The notes: generated from the sequence alone by a model not told the origin. A DNA stretch of 63,946 bases, filler included, from Octopus bimaculoides (GCF_001194135.2; 5 parts of 5 records of this genome joined end to end with filler, not necessarily neighbours in it), one strand, 5' to 3'. Shown: positions 34,435 to 48,527, numbered from the whole stretch's first letter. A program made the numbers and translations.

Positions 34435-35269
34435 TTAGACAAGAAGAAATGAACTTAGAGGGAGAACACTGAGACTGAAAAAAATGTACTAAGAAAAGTG
34501 TTCATGATTTATAGATCAAGTATCCCATTAAATTGTCCAAGTTAGACCATTTCGATTTTAAGTGTAAACATCGTAGGTTATATATAAATCCTAGCTGAAT
34601 AGCCCGTCGTTGCCAAGAAATTTTTACAATAGAAAGTCTTATATAAATTTTTATTTATCCCATGTCAGAGCACTTCTTCCCCGATAGATAGTCCTCTTGC
34701 TCAGAATAGATTTGGGCAATTTTTCGCCAAAAGATTTCGTTGTGGATTTTGTTTCCTTTTTAAATTATTTTCATGTCTGTTCTACCGAACGTTTCACATG
34801 ACATTATTCATTAAAGCTTCAGAAGTTCTTACAACTTTGGTCATCGTAATTGCTTTGCTTTCGTTTGTTTAATAAGAATTCCTCCTCTTAATGATTTTGC
34901 TTTCATTATTGATAGACAACCATCATGCAGAAAATGCCATCTATCCTGTAGCTGCCAGGCAGAAAAAGCCAGCTTCCAAATCCTGGTTAGGTCAAATTGA
35001 TTAACAACTATTTTCTGAATTTTTTTCTGCAACAAATAAATAGCATAATCGGATTTAACGTGGAAAATTATTAAAGTATACCAAATTTGAAAATTTTGAT
35101 ATAATTTTAAAATCGCACAATATGTGACAGGAACAGAGATGAGCCTCCAAAAGTGGAGAGACAGAAGTTATAGGACGTGACACACACACACATTTACAAA
35201 GTACACAACCACGAGTTTAAAATGGTGTATAGTAAGGATATGTATGTATGTATGTACGCATGCATATAC

Positions 35270-35336
<67 letters not shown>

Positions 35337-36308
35337 TGTTTCTTTGCTATGGACTGCAGAAAAGCCCTACTATCTTTCCCTTAGACTTATACTTCTTGCA
35401 ACCTTCGCATTTTATCATATAATTCGCCCAACGCCCCTGGAGGGCACACTTTAGATTTTTATTGAAATACAATTAGCCTATTATTGAACTGGATGTTAGT
35501 GTAACATGTATGTAAAGTTTCGTGAATATTGGTTCGCTATTTTAGGAACTAAGATGGTAGTAGACTGACAGACAGACAGAAATTGCCATTTATATGTTAC
35601 ATCCAACGTTAGAGGATAACACTTTAAAAGAAAGGATATATTCGAAAAGTAATACAAAACATACAGAAATATGCGATGGTGACGTTTGAAACGCATCTGA
35701 TAATGAGACTACGATTAAGGCTGATGTGGAGCTACACTGTAAAAACAAGGATACCATAAGCTGACGCGGTTTCTCTGAAACAGGAAGGTCACGTTAGTAA
35801 TGGTCACTCACTTGGTCATATAATATTATAATATTATAACTCGTAAGTAACCTTATCATTTCGCATTTGTCTTGCTTCTATATGTTGATTCCCTGACGAT
35901 GAATATATGTGCAATTCCAGCAGCTCTTACTTCTTTGGAGTAGGGTGCACATATATTTTGAAACATATGTCTGAATTAAAGGAACTTTTATTTATATGCG
36001 TTTTGCTCCATTTATTGTTAATATTAATATCTACTCAAAATGCATCGCTTTAACTTGGTATCTCTACCTATAAAATGGGTGTGATATCCTGTTTTTGTGT
36101 GTGATTTTTGCTACCATATTTACATTGTCAGGGTTTTTTAAACTGAGATAATATTAGTATATACATAAACTTACATATATATATATGTATNNNNNNNNNN
36201 CCATATTTACATTGTCAGGGTTTTTTAAACTGAGATAATATTAGTATATACATAAACTTACATATATATATATGTATGTATATATTCATACAGATGAACG
36301 GAGAAAGT

Positions 36309-36366
<58 letters not shown>

Positions 36367-36926
36367 AAGATGAGGCATGACGTGTAAACGCTTAGTTTGG
36401 TCCAGTTTGGAATGATGCTACTACTCGTATTTGCCTAGGCTCTCCTTCCAAGCCTTTCCATATACTACAGATACTTTCTGAATGCATTTCTGCATTTCTG
36501 CATCTCGCCAATTTATACACACGCAAATTTATATTATAAACGGATTTATATTTATAAATATTACTCAATACACACAGTATAGTTCCAGATACTCAAAACT
36601 GTGGCTTCTTTTTGTAGCTAGCTTGAGTTTTGCAGTTCTGCTTTTCATCATGACTTCAATTCAAATTTGGATATTATAAGGTTTCTTGAGGACAGAGCAA
36701 AGAATAAAAAACTAAGGCATAACAAAGGAATCAGTTTACGTGTTCACATCATTTCTATACAAAACCAATACATCTATGAAATATCAAAAGAAATGAATGC
36801 TAAACTTGGTGACAATACATAATGAATATCGATTCAAGAACTGAAATCAGTTGAAACTCTGCCGTATAAATTCATTTGGGGATTTCTAACTACGCTAAAA
36901 CGCATGTATCAATTCTTTGGCTTTCA

Positions 36927-36943
36927 GCTGCTACTACTACTAT

Positions 36944-36975
<32 letters not shown>

Positions 36976-36991
36976 GCTGCTGCTTCTGCTG

Positions 36992-37048
<57 letters not shown>
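36927..37048. repeat. Compound (CTA/CTG)n microsatellite
   Basis: Direct reading. Confidence 0.96.
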
Positions 37049-37286
37049 TTTTCAGTAGTGGTACTAGTAGTTGCTGTTTTTCTTAATGTTGTTTATACCC
37101 AGTTCAATCCATTCAAGTAAATCTACAGTCAGCAGCCGTCTTATCCCGTCTTTCTGTTGATAACTAACACTACATTACTTTACATCACCTCTTCTTGGGA
37201 GATGTAATTCGAAGCAGAGTGGTACTGAAACAATTGTAATCAATATTAAACTTCTGGTGTATTGATATCCTTGTCTTCTTCCATGT

Positions 37287-37334
<48 letters not shown>

Positions 37335-39123
37335 GCCTTTTCTGTTTGTTTTCCTGTCTTGTTTTTTGTCCGCCACTACATTCCTCCATGGTAAGGTTTA
37401 ATTTGTGTATACAAATTTAATTTGCGGTCCATGGGAAGAGCCGTTTTAGCGATGCGTCCTGCCCAGCTCTTCGAAACGCCGGTGTTAAAACGGGGGTAGC
37501 TGATGAAGAAGAATATTCTCTATGTGGCTTGTGTGTTTTCTCGTCTACGTTTTGTTTGCAATGTCCTGTACCCAGATATGCACCTATACATACAGGTGGA
37601 TGTCGGTATGCACATATCTGTACGTATATATGCATATACTCATTTACNNNNNNNNNNNNNNNNNNNNNNNNNNNNNNNNNNNNNNNNNNNNNNNNNNNNN
37701 NNNNNNNNNNNNNNNNNNNNNNNNNNNNNNNNNNNNNNNNNNNNNNNNNNNNNNNNNNNNNNNNNNNNNNNNNNNNNNNNNNNNNNNNNNNNNNNNNNNN
37801 NNNNNNNNNNNNNNNNNNNNNNNNNNNNNNNNNNNNNNNNNNNNNNNNNNNNNNNNNNNNNNNNNNNNNNNNNNNNNNNNNNNNNNNNNNNNNNNNNNNN
37901 NNNNNNNNNNNNNNNNNNNNNNNNNNNNNNNNNNNNNNNNNNNNNNNNNNNNNNNNNNNNNNNNNNNNNNNNNNNNNNNNNNNNNNNNNNNNNNNNNNNN
38001 NNNNNNNNNNNNNNNNNNNNNNNNNNNNNNNNNNNNNNNNNNNNNNNNNNNNNNNNNNNNNNNNNNNNNNNNNNNNNNNNNNNNNNNNNNNNNNNNNNNN
38101 NNNNNNNNNNNNNNNNNNNNNNNNNNNNNNNNNNNNNNNNNNNNNNNNNNNNNNNNNNNNNNNNNNNNNNNNNNNNNNNNNNNNNNNNNNNNNNNNNNNN
38201 NNNNNNNNNNNNNNNNNNNNNNNNNNNNNNNNNNNNNNNNNNNNNNNNNNNNNNNNNNNNNNNNNNNNNNNNNNNNNNNNNNNNNNNNNNNNNNNNNNNN
38301 NNNNNNNNNNNNNNNNNNNNNNNNNNNNNNNNNNNNNNNGTAGAATAATATTAAGGCCGCAATTTACTCACACGCAACACGCAGCATATTTCTGAGCTTG
38401 TTGCTGATTCAGTTCTTAACCAAATTGAAAATTAACATTTTTGAAGAAGACAGGTCTTTAGCTACATTTTGGTATAAAAGAATTGAGATTTGATCTAGTA
38501 GAAAAGAGTTTACATCAAAATTTGTAGCAACGTTATAGGAGAGTAAGTAATGCCACCAATCAAGTGTAGATCTAAATAACTTTTTTATTTTATTTTAAAA
38601 GCAAAATATATTTATCTTAATTTCAATGTTAGAAGAAGGCATGTAGAATTTCATAGTTTTGTTCCCATGCAACAAAAATTTGTGTAAAAAAAGTTGTGAG
38701 GTAAAATATTAGGAAAAAATATAAGACAAAAACTTGGATCTAAGTATAATTAACTTCTTTTATTTTAAATACAAGATATATTTTAATTAGGCTTAAATGA
38801 TAGAGTTCAATTCGAAGAATTTCGGGGTATCAATCTCATGCAAAGTAGCTTTAAAAGCAAAAGGTTATGCATGTTTATTTCTCAAATTTGAGGGTGAAAA
38901 TATAGTTCTATATTTTCTTCTATATGTGGACTTTAATACAGGTCACCGGCGTCATTGAGGTAAGAGAAAAATTATCAACGACACCGCTAATTGACACATT
39001 ATTAATTAGCATAATAGCATAGACTGGAAAAACATAGATTACGTGGAAAAATGCGAGCAAGAGAAATAATATTCCTAAGATTATAAACCTAGAAAATTAC
39101 AGGACAAGTTATTACATCTGGTA

Positions 39124-39223
<100 letters not shown>

Positions 39224-42200
39224 GTATATCTATTTATCTTTCAATCTATATCTCTATATGCTTATATGCATGTACTTATAATATGCGAATAAATTTTTAT
39301 ATAAATGTGTGTATATACATAATTGACCCTGTTTGCTTGGGGAAGACATACATTAATATATATACTCTATTTTTTTTTTAGATATTATAATCACCGTATT
39401 TCAATGTCAAAACAGAGATCAACAGAGGCAGAATAGAGTTCTGTCAACTTGTTTGTGTGTAATATTTCTTTAATATATTCTGATTCGGTAATTATAATCG
39501 GATTTGCTGTCAGTGTGTCTGAGATAGGAAGTTTAGTAATATTTTACTGGTAAATGACATCGACATACAGTTTAGAATTGAGACTTGCAGAAATGCCTGA
39601 ATGAAAAGGAGAGTAGAAAATGGGAATGTCAGTATGTACTGTAGAATGGCGATATATTTGAAATGAGTGCGATGTTAGAAATGACGGGATGAATTAGTTT
39701 GTCTTTTGGCTAGATGTGCAGATGAATGTAATTTCAGTCGGAACGACAAGAAAAAAGTGTGTGAATAGAAATAATCGATGCGATGGGTTGTTGTTATTGT
39801 TATTGTCACTTCAACTGCTTGTCATAATTTTCTTTTTCTATCCCAATAGTTTTCTTATCTCTGATTAATGCTGTTGTTTGGCCCCGGGTCAGCACTGACC
39901 AACTAGAAATTCTATCAAGAGTAAATATGCACTGACTAAGCAGTCCTATGATCAAAAGTATGCTAACCTTGACCATTCTATCTCTAGCAATCTAGAGGAA
40001 TATTATATTATAAGATCATATAATGTTCCCTTCCATCTATTGAAGATCGTACTGTAAAGTTTTATAAATATTTCACCGCTTTTTCTTGCAGCTCGAGTGA
40101 TTGCGTAGAAGCCCCTTGCCGACTCGTCATGAGATTCGGTTGTGGGAATAACGGAATGAAAACGCTGCTTATACGAATAGGGTTTTGCTAATATTGGTCA
40201 TGAATGTAATTGTTTCTTGGCACTTTTAGGATCTTTAAAGCCAGATGTTTAGCACCTCGAGGAATTCTAGTGAGTCAGAAAAAACATTAAATAATCTCTT
40301 ATCTTGATACAACATGAGTTTATTGAAGTTACCATGATACTTTCATTAAAGCTAAATTATTGAGGCTAATATTATCGTATCATGAATTCCCTATAATCAG
40401 TATCTAGATGAACAAAAGAAATGTGAACTTATGCATTTTACCCAGATACACAACAGAGCACCCGAGGAAACCGGTAGGTGTTCGGCCGATCTTTTATGGA
40501 AAAAGGAAGTAAAACTATCTTAAAAGGGAAAATGAATAATGTAGTCTAGCATAACTCCTCATAAGTCGGAAAGATAACAGCTGGAATGTCTTCGATCATA
40601 GATCTTTTCCATCAGATCTGACTTGGTGATGCTACGCAACAACGACGACAACTACTACGATGACGATGACGAAATTTCTGCAGCTCGAGCTCCTGACCAG
40701 TGTGCATTTTGTCCAATACAGGACCTCTAACAATAGTCCTTATTGACTCTGTAGTTTCCTATTGGCTCAGGAATTTGCCCAATACTTCCTCGTTGGGTTT
40801 TGCACAGCCCTATTACCCTAAGAAATTCTTCAATATTTCTTCTTTGCTTTTATACTGCTCTGCTGGCCCAAGGACGCGCCTTCGATATACAACTGTTGGC
40901 ATCAACGTTGAGTACAACGCCTGCCCTTTCGCTGCCTCTATGCCACTCTGTTGGCTCAAAGCCTTCTTTAATATCTCACAGGATCTATACAGTCTCATTG
41001 CCTCAGAATTTCTTTCCATATACCTTTGGGAACTCTGTATTGCAACTCTTTGGTTTCGGGGTTCTATATTCCCACTGCCATCTCTTTGCCATATCAGCCA
41101 AAACGACAGATAACACTTCACAGGTTTGACTAATTATATTCTTGTGCTTAAAGAGAATGAGTATATTTGTTGATTGTGATAAGAAACCATCCCATGTATA
41201 GGTTTTGAATCTGGTTTTAAAACCATATCAATCACAGTATGAGGCGATTAAACCAACCTCAGACTGCAATAAGTTAGAGGAAGCAGTTCGCTTTAGCAGG
41301 ATTTGATCTTAAATCGTGACGAAACATAAATGTTACACAGCATATCTATTGGTTCTGCACATTCACCACATCTTTTACAGTTTTTTCGGAGATTGAAGTG
41401 CAGTGTCCATGAACTTTTCGCAAGGTTTTTAAGATTCTGGTAACGTAACTAGATGAAGAAATCGCGACTCACTGGTTATCATTATCATTTTCTGAATGCT
41501 CGCAACAGAGGGAACTCCACTAAACGTATCCAAAGGACAAGTGGTGGTGTTAAACTGAGAGACTGATTAAGACCTGCTATGAATACATACTACTCATTTT
41601 CTCAACTATTTGAAAAATCAAATTAAAAGAATAAAACAGACAGGAAACGAACTCACATAGTAACTGGAGGAATAAAAAATAGTTGTATGTTGGACAGGTC
41701 GTTTCTCGAGAAAGAAACATGCACTCGCTGAGTGACTCTACCAAGTTACAGTGATGTCTATTTCAACACACGTTTTAACCCGAAGAATCCTGCAAATCAA
41801 GCACAAAAGCGAAATAAAAATAGTATATCCTATAGAAAACCGGCGTTTACTATCTCACTCATGTATACCTATCTTATGTTGAGAAAATATTGACGTTTTT
41901 CAGACAATTGACATCGTTGGAAATTTAATATTTTATACATTTAAATAGTGACATTTACATTACATTCACATCAGCTTCATATCCGATAGTCGCCGGGGTC
42001 TTATTCCAGACTGGATTTGAACCAGAAGCTGCTATCGTTAACCTAGTGGTAATAATGTTCATAACCATTCGGTCATTGCAATTTTTGACAAAATACAAAG
42101 CAACATTTTGTAGAAGAGTTTAATCAACTAAACAGACACCACTATATCACTGGCACGTATTTTATCGACTATTTTATCTTATTTCCTCGAAATAAAATGA

Positions 42201-43912
42201 AGAATGAATATCATTCCTGTTTGAAATGAAAGATTAAGATTGAAAAAGTAGTTATTATTTATTCATTCTGTTGCCTGCTGTTCGTTTTTGTTAACCTAAT
42301 CTAATATTCAATTCAGCGCGTCATTAGTCATTCAAAGCAATGTATTCTAGAATAACTAAACTGTAATGAAGATCCAACGACATTGTTAATGACAAGCAGG
42401 AAAACGAAAATGGTTAACAAACAAAAGTTATGAACAAAAAAGGAAAATAGCTAACAGATGCAAGAAGAGCAGACAAAAAATAATTGAGATTAGATTAAAT
42501 AAAGGATAAAGAGAAAACAACATTAGATTCGATAATATAAAACTAGTAAACTGTAATATGATTATTTTTACTGATATCTTGATAACATTTGGTAATTTTT
42601 GTTTTATAAAACTAATATCGATATCAAAATCTCAAGAACTTTATATTATGTTCAAACTGTTTGCTCTAAACTGCTCTCGGAATTTATGGAGTAAATAGAT
42701 ATTTATCATAATATGGAATTAGATGGTTAAAAATGGTCAAATTTCTACGAAGTATGTGGAGGAACAGATCACGTGCACACGCTCACACACACACACACAC
42801 ACACACAGAGACAGACAGACAGACACATACATACGTGTGTGTATGTGTATGTGCCCATGCGTATTGATTGTCCATGGTATTCCATGACGTCCATCTTTAA
42901 TTGTGGATCTCTAGAAGACTGTGTACATTAAAGAACATTAGGTAACCACAGAATCAGGATTGCTGCTGTGGTTTCCGTACAGATCAAGAAAGCTATGGAA
43001 GAATCAGTATTTCCTCATTGTAGACGAGCACGTTACTCCAACCATTGTAACGACCACGCCTACAACCACTTCTGAGATCCAAGATCTATGATCTACATTG
43101 CGGAGAAACATACCTGCGGAATGAAACTATGTAGTGGCGTTGGAGCAGTGTATTTCTAATTGTCCCTGTCTTCGTCGCAGAAGGGATAAGTCCAGTAGTA
43201 ATGGCAAATGAATATGACTGGTAGCTCTTCACAGCTGTGAAAGACTGCCAGAATTCGACTCTGCTGGAAAACGCCATAAAATTGTTCGCAACAACATTTT
43301 TTTTCTCTCTAATGCACGTGTAGCATTTCTCACCCTTTACTCCACGACAAGTCATGAGGGCAGAACAAATGAGTTGCTCACGTTTCGAAAACATATGTTC
43401 TGATAAAACTAATGGTCCCTCACACCGTGAGTGAAGTTACAGCATGCTTGATCACCTTCTTTGTTCCTGTAAACTATGATTAGATAACCGTCGATACTAT
43501 CGTGTCTTTTTGAGAGACGTTGTTTGTGTCAGGTGGACTTTCAAGCAACCCTCCTTACCTGTCTAATCTGATGAAAGTGTCAGTTTCATTCTGAATATCT
43601 GAACATAAAACAGGTTTTACTGGATCCTAAGTTTCCAATAACACTCACAACGACATGAATCTTTCAGTGCAAAACATCATTGTTTGGATTCATAATTTCT
43701 TGTAAAATATTGGCTCCATTCATTGGACAGTGGCCATACTGGGGTACAGCTTTGAAAAGATTAATAGAACATATCGATCATGATACTTAATTTTATCGCA
43801 TACTTTTTGCCAAACCGCTATTCTACAAGAACGTTAACAAATCAAGCCGGTTGTCAAGCGGGGTACAAACACAAAGATACAAACGTTTTACGCTTTGAAA
43901 TTCAAATACACA

Positions 43913-43961
<49 letters not shown>

Positions 43962-44037
43962 GGGGGAGAGAGAATGTGAAGAAGAAAAATGAGTAGGGGA
44001 GGAGGAAGAGAAGAAGGTGGAGGAGAATAATTATGAC

Positions 44038-44088
<51 letters not shown>

Positions 44089-44883
44089 AAGAAGAAGACA
44101 AAGCTGTTGAATGTTCCATGTAACGATTCGAGATTGCTTAGTCATCTGTAGACTTACTTTTATGTTCAACTTTGATTGATAGTTATTGTCTTGTCAGGTC
44201 TATAAATTGTATAAATAGCAGTGTTGAAGTCACGTACATGATCTCGGTCAAAGTAACTTTGCATTTTATTGGCTTTTCCTTACTATAGTGGTTTTGAGTT
44301 ATACGGTTCTTATCTAACCGTTAGCCTTAAGACATCAAGACGGATGCTTAACTTGGTTTTGATCGACGATAGTTTTCCAAGCTTTTTTATGAGAGGTGCT
44401 TAGAAATTTCAAGGTTGTTTCCATGGAACACCTAATATTTGCAGCTTGAGAATCTCATATTTGAATCAGCTGCAGAAAGTAGTTGAACCCTTCCTGGGTC
44501 GAATAATTACAAGTGAGGAAAAGTGGGTTCTCTATAATCATATCCAATGAAAATGGCTATATATACACCTATGTATACACCAATGTATACACCTATATAT
44601 ATGTATATATACATATATGTATATATGCATATGTATATATATATATATATATATATAAAGGGCATTACTACAGAATAATGCCACACACTAGACATCCCAA
44701 ATAAACACATTTTAGTACCGAATGCGAGGAAAAACAACTTTCGAAAGAAACCAGCATTTAAAAAAAAACTCAGCTATGTATCGACCGATTTCACGATTAC
44801 CAGAATGAAATCTAGTTTCCGCTCGTCAGCATAGTATAGTATCAATATATATAAATAAACAGAATCCTCACCTATCCTCACTC

Positions 44884-45880
44884 TATCATATCACTGACTC
44901 CTTTACCTGGACTTCTAGCAACGTCATTTAGTGTATCTCCTGTTCTTTCTGTCCTTCTCTGTACATCTGTCAAACGGGACGCCGCTTGGCTGACTGGTTT
45001 CGGAGCACCTCTGAGATATTTGACTCGGCAATGACACCCTTGTCTCGCGCCATTTCCGCTCTACCGGTCATTCATTACAACACTTGTCTGTGTTCGAATT
45101 GTCTTTGCACAGGGGCTATCCGGACTCTCACTTTCACCGTGAACAGGAATTAATTTTCTCTCTTCGTTCCTTTGCATCACACGAGCTCAACCTACTCATC
45201 TGACACCTACTTCCACTCTTCACTCCTACACACCTCTCCTCTTCTCTCTTGCCTTGTGACCTACTTCCTTTCTTCACTCCTATCCACCGCCTCCCATCAT
45301 TGATACCCCTCCATCCACCCCTAGATATCCCACTCTCACATACCCACCCAACCCCCACATCTTCACTCCAAACCCACACCCCACCATAATATTCCCATAC
45401 TCAACACCGCCATACCACACACCACCACACCACATTACACCACCCGACCACACTCCGCACACATTAGCACTGACCACTTCCCAACACCCACCCATCATCA
45501 ACACATCCACACATTACAGACGCACACACCTACACACGCACACATCCACACGTCAAAGTCAACAGCCTTTAACCACACGCACACACACAATCTCACATAC
45601 ACATACGCCCACCTTCGTTTTGATATCACCAGTATTTTTGTTATCTCTCCCTCTTCCTAACTCTCCTGTATAACTACTTTTGTCAAACCAATCGCCATGA
45701 TAGACTGCTAAATCCACAAGTTTTTTTTTATTCTCTCTGTTTATATCATCGCGTTCCTTTCTGATGAAGAACGTAGGCTTGAAACGTAAAAGACTCCCTC
45801 ACCTTCCCGAGCGTCAAATTAATACGCCTGCTTGCTTACGTACCTGTCTTCGTCCTTTGTTCTTCTGTAAATTTCAACTA
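44884..45880 (+). mobile_element. Penelope-like element 3' remnant (GIY-YIG endonuclease pseudogene plus pLTR with hammerhead)
   Basis: Translation 'YHITDSFTWTSSNVI*CISCSFCPSLYICQTGRRLAD/F.EHL*DI*LGNDTLVSRHFRSTGHS...HREQELIFSLRSFASHELN' (44884-45192) matches the PLE GIY-YIG pattern (VIY-CxxC-YIGQT-R-EH-HF-H-E-N). A hammerhead lies at 45757-45793. Confidence 0.88.
45757..45793 (+). ncRNA. Penelope-type minimal hammerhead ribozyme motif (stem II decayed)
   Basis: CTTT CTGATGA A GAAC gtag GCTT GAA ACGT A AAAG: 4-bp stem I, palindromic ACGT stem III, GUA triplet. Confidence 0.75.
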
Positions 45881-46135
45881 CATATATACATGTATATATA
45901 TATATACATACACATATATATATATACATATACATGCATATATACATGTGTATATACATGTATATATATGTATATATATGTATATATATATACGTACATA
46001 TANNNNNNNNNNNNNNNNNNNNNNNNNNNNNNNNNNNNNNNNNNNNTTAATTAATTAANNNNNNNNNNNNNNNNNNNNNNNNNNNNNNNNNNNNNNNNNN
46101 NNATCATTATATCATCATCATCATCATCATCATCG

Positions 46136-46405
46136 TTTAACGTCCGCTTTCCATGCTAGCATGGGTTGGACGATTTGACTGAGGACTGGTGAAACCAGAT
46201 GGCTACACCAGGCTCCAATCTGATTTGGCAGAGTTTCTACAGCTAGATGCCCTTCCTAACACCAACCACTCCGAGAGTGTAGTGGGTGCTTTTACGTGTC
46301 ACCCGCACGAAGGCTAGTCAGGCGGTACTGGCAACGGCCATGCTCAAAATGGTGTATTTTATGTGCCACCCGCACAAGAGCCAGTCAAGGGGCACTGGCA
46401 ACGAT
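46136..46405 (-). mobile_element. Repeat family E, antisense, with (CAT)n at its left
   Basis: Inverted match to 16625-16894 and 11802-11932. Confidence 0.85.
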
Positions 46406-46417
46406 ATATATATATAT

Positions 46418-46860
46418 GGTGAAGCATATGCCAGTGTCACATGACAGGTACCGATGCCGGTGGCATGTAAAAATCATCCTTCGCACATGGGGCGTCACAG
46501 AAGTAATGATGCGTGACCAAAACCTTTGGTAATATGTTGTGCTTGTGAAGACTCAACATGCCAAGTGAAAGCATAGACATGACTGATGCTGGTGTCACAT
46601 AACTGGTACCCATGCTGGTGGCATGTAAAAAGCACCCATTACACTCTTGAAGTGGAAGGACATTAGGAAGGGCATCCACCTGTAGAAAACCATTCCAAAT
46701 CAGATTGGAACCTGGTGCCGCTCTCCAGCTTACCAATTTCAATCAAACTGCCTCACCCAGTATTATGGACAGTATTATGGACCCTGTGGGTCCTGTTGGA
46801 CCACCCAACCTATCCCAGCATGGAGCATGGACGTTAAACGACGATGATCATCATCATCAT
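46418..46860 (+). mobile_element. Repeat family E variant, sense, with (GAT)n tail
   Basis: 'taggaagggcatccacctgtagaaaacc...cccagcatggagcatggacgttaaacgacgatgat'. Confidence 0.75.
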
Positions 46861-47199
46861 GACCATTAATACCCTTTTGTATTGGACTAGTGCAAGCAGA
46901 GCTGAGCCATACTCAGCATTCCTAATTTGGTAATTTGTAATTAATAGTTTACAATGAGGGGATGGAGAGGACTTCCAAGTAACTAGAGTCTGAGAACAGA
47001 CTGATTAGTGTGGAGTCATTCAATAACATGGAGTGGATTTGAGGCAGATCCATAGGCTCGAGAACAGTGTGTGCAGGAGATGCAAGCACACCCACTGAAA
47101 TGTTTTTTTTTGTGTTTGGTAGGGAGCAATGAAAACACTTTGAAAATCCTCCTGAAAAACTGGATTTGCACCCCCTAAGCAAATTTCATTTCTACACTT

Positions 47200-47585
47200 A
47201 CAGGCAGATCTGCTATTCCTAAAAATCTTCCTGCAATATCATATTATAAAAAGCTTATCTACTGATTACTTGTTCTCAAGACTGACAGAGATTCATTATA
47301 CTTAACGAAAATATTATACTTAACGAAAATATTCTTAAATAGTTTTTCAGATACTGAGTGTGATCTGAGGGAGGCCTGCTATTTCTTAAAATCTTCCAGC
47401 AGTATCATGTTATAAAAAGCTTAAGTACAAGCATTTACTAAGTACTGTTGTCAATACTGATAGAGACCTGTTATATTTATCTTAGATTTTTTTTTTTCCA
47501 GACATTGGGTTGTGATTTTAGAAAGGTGTGGCTATTTCTAAAAATCTCTTCACAATATCCTATTATATAGAAGCTTATCTGAGGA
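47200..47585. repeat. Degenerate tandem repeat, ~160-170 bp unit, ~2.5 copies
   Basis: 'gctatttct.aaaatct....a.tatc.t.ttata.a.aagctta' at ~47212, 47378 and 47530. Confidence 0.7.
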
Positions 47586-47908
47586 CATTTACCAAAACTA
47601 AAATACACATATAGATGTAAGTAACACTCTGATAACAGGCTGGAGGCCAAATAACTGCCTAAAGCAGTGACCACAAACTTAATATCCTGGCATGTCAGAA
47701 TCTAAATTTCTTTGATAATTCTGTTATTGAAATGTCACTTATGTGTAGTTTTACATAAATACTTATAGATAAACTTTTATGATATCATATTGCAGGGAAA
47801 GTTTGTTTTTCTAAGCCCATCACACATCTAAAAACTTCTGATTAGCTTTCATTATTTCTGACCATATTTTCTTTGATCTTCCGCTTTAATAACTTTTTCC
47901 CACATAGC

Positions 47909-48186
47909 ATGGCTGTGTGGAGACACAGGAATGACTGTGTGGAGACACAGGCATGATTGTGTGGTAAGAAGATTGCTTCCCAACCACATGGGTCTGGGTC
48001 CAGTCTCACTGTGTGGTACCTTGGGCAAGTGTCTTCTACTATAGCCTCAGGCTAATCAAAGTCTTGCGAATCGATTTGGTAGATGGAAACTAAAAGAAGC
48101 CCATCATATATATATATATGTATATATCTATGTGTGTGTGTCTTTGTGTCTGTGTTTGTCCCCTCATCACTGCTTGACAACCGGTG
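47909..48186 (+). mobile_element. SINE family B with triplicated 5' segment
   Basis: '..tgtgtggagacacagg.atga.tgtgtgg' is repeated before the body. Confidence 0.8.
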
Positions 48187-48412
48187 ATTTTAATGTTTGG
48201 CCACCTGATAATTGGATGCCTTCGTTGTTGACTACCTGTCCCCTTCTCACGATGAATATTGCACACTTATCTATGCCAAATTCCATACCTCTATCTTTGC
48301 TGAAGAGGTCTTACAGTCTGTCCTAAGGAATCCATCTCTTTTTCAATCTTAGTAAAAAGCTTCAGATCATCCATGTGGAGCAAATGGATAATTTTTCCCT
48401 TACTATTTTCTG
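48187..48412 (-). mobile_element. R4-like reverse transcriptase fragment
   Basis: 'IIHLLHMDDLKLFTKIEKEMDSLGQTVR' resembles the RT 'HLLYMDDLKL' catalytic motif; a frameshift follows. Confidence 0.8.
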
Positions 48413-48527
48413 AACTCATACCTTGCCTTTTATCATCATCATCAGCACCACCACCACCACCACAACCATCCAACCCATGCCAGCATGGAAAACGGACGTT
48501 AAACAATGATGATGATGATGGTGATGG

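Noticed and set aside
34585-35180. Possible Helitron-like end 'ctagctgaatagcccgtcgttgcc'
   Set aside because: A single short motif, with no matching other end or second copy found in the window.
43086-43394. 102-aa minus-strand ORF
   Set aside because: No recognisable motif and no consistent acceptor; compatible with chance.
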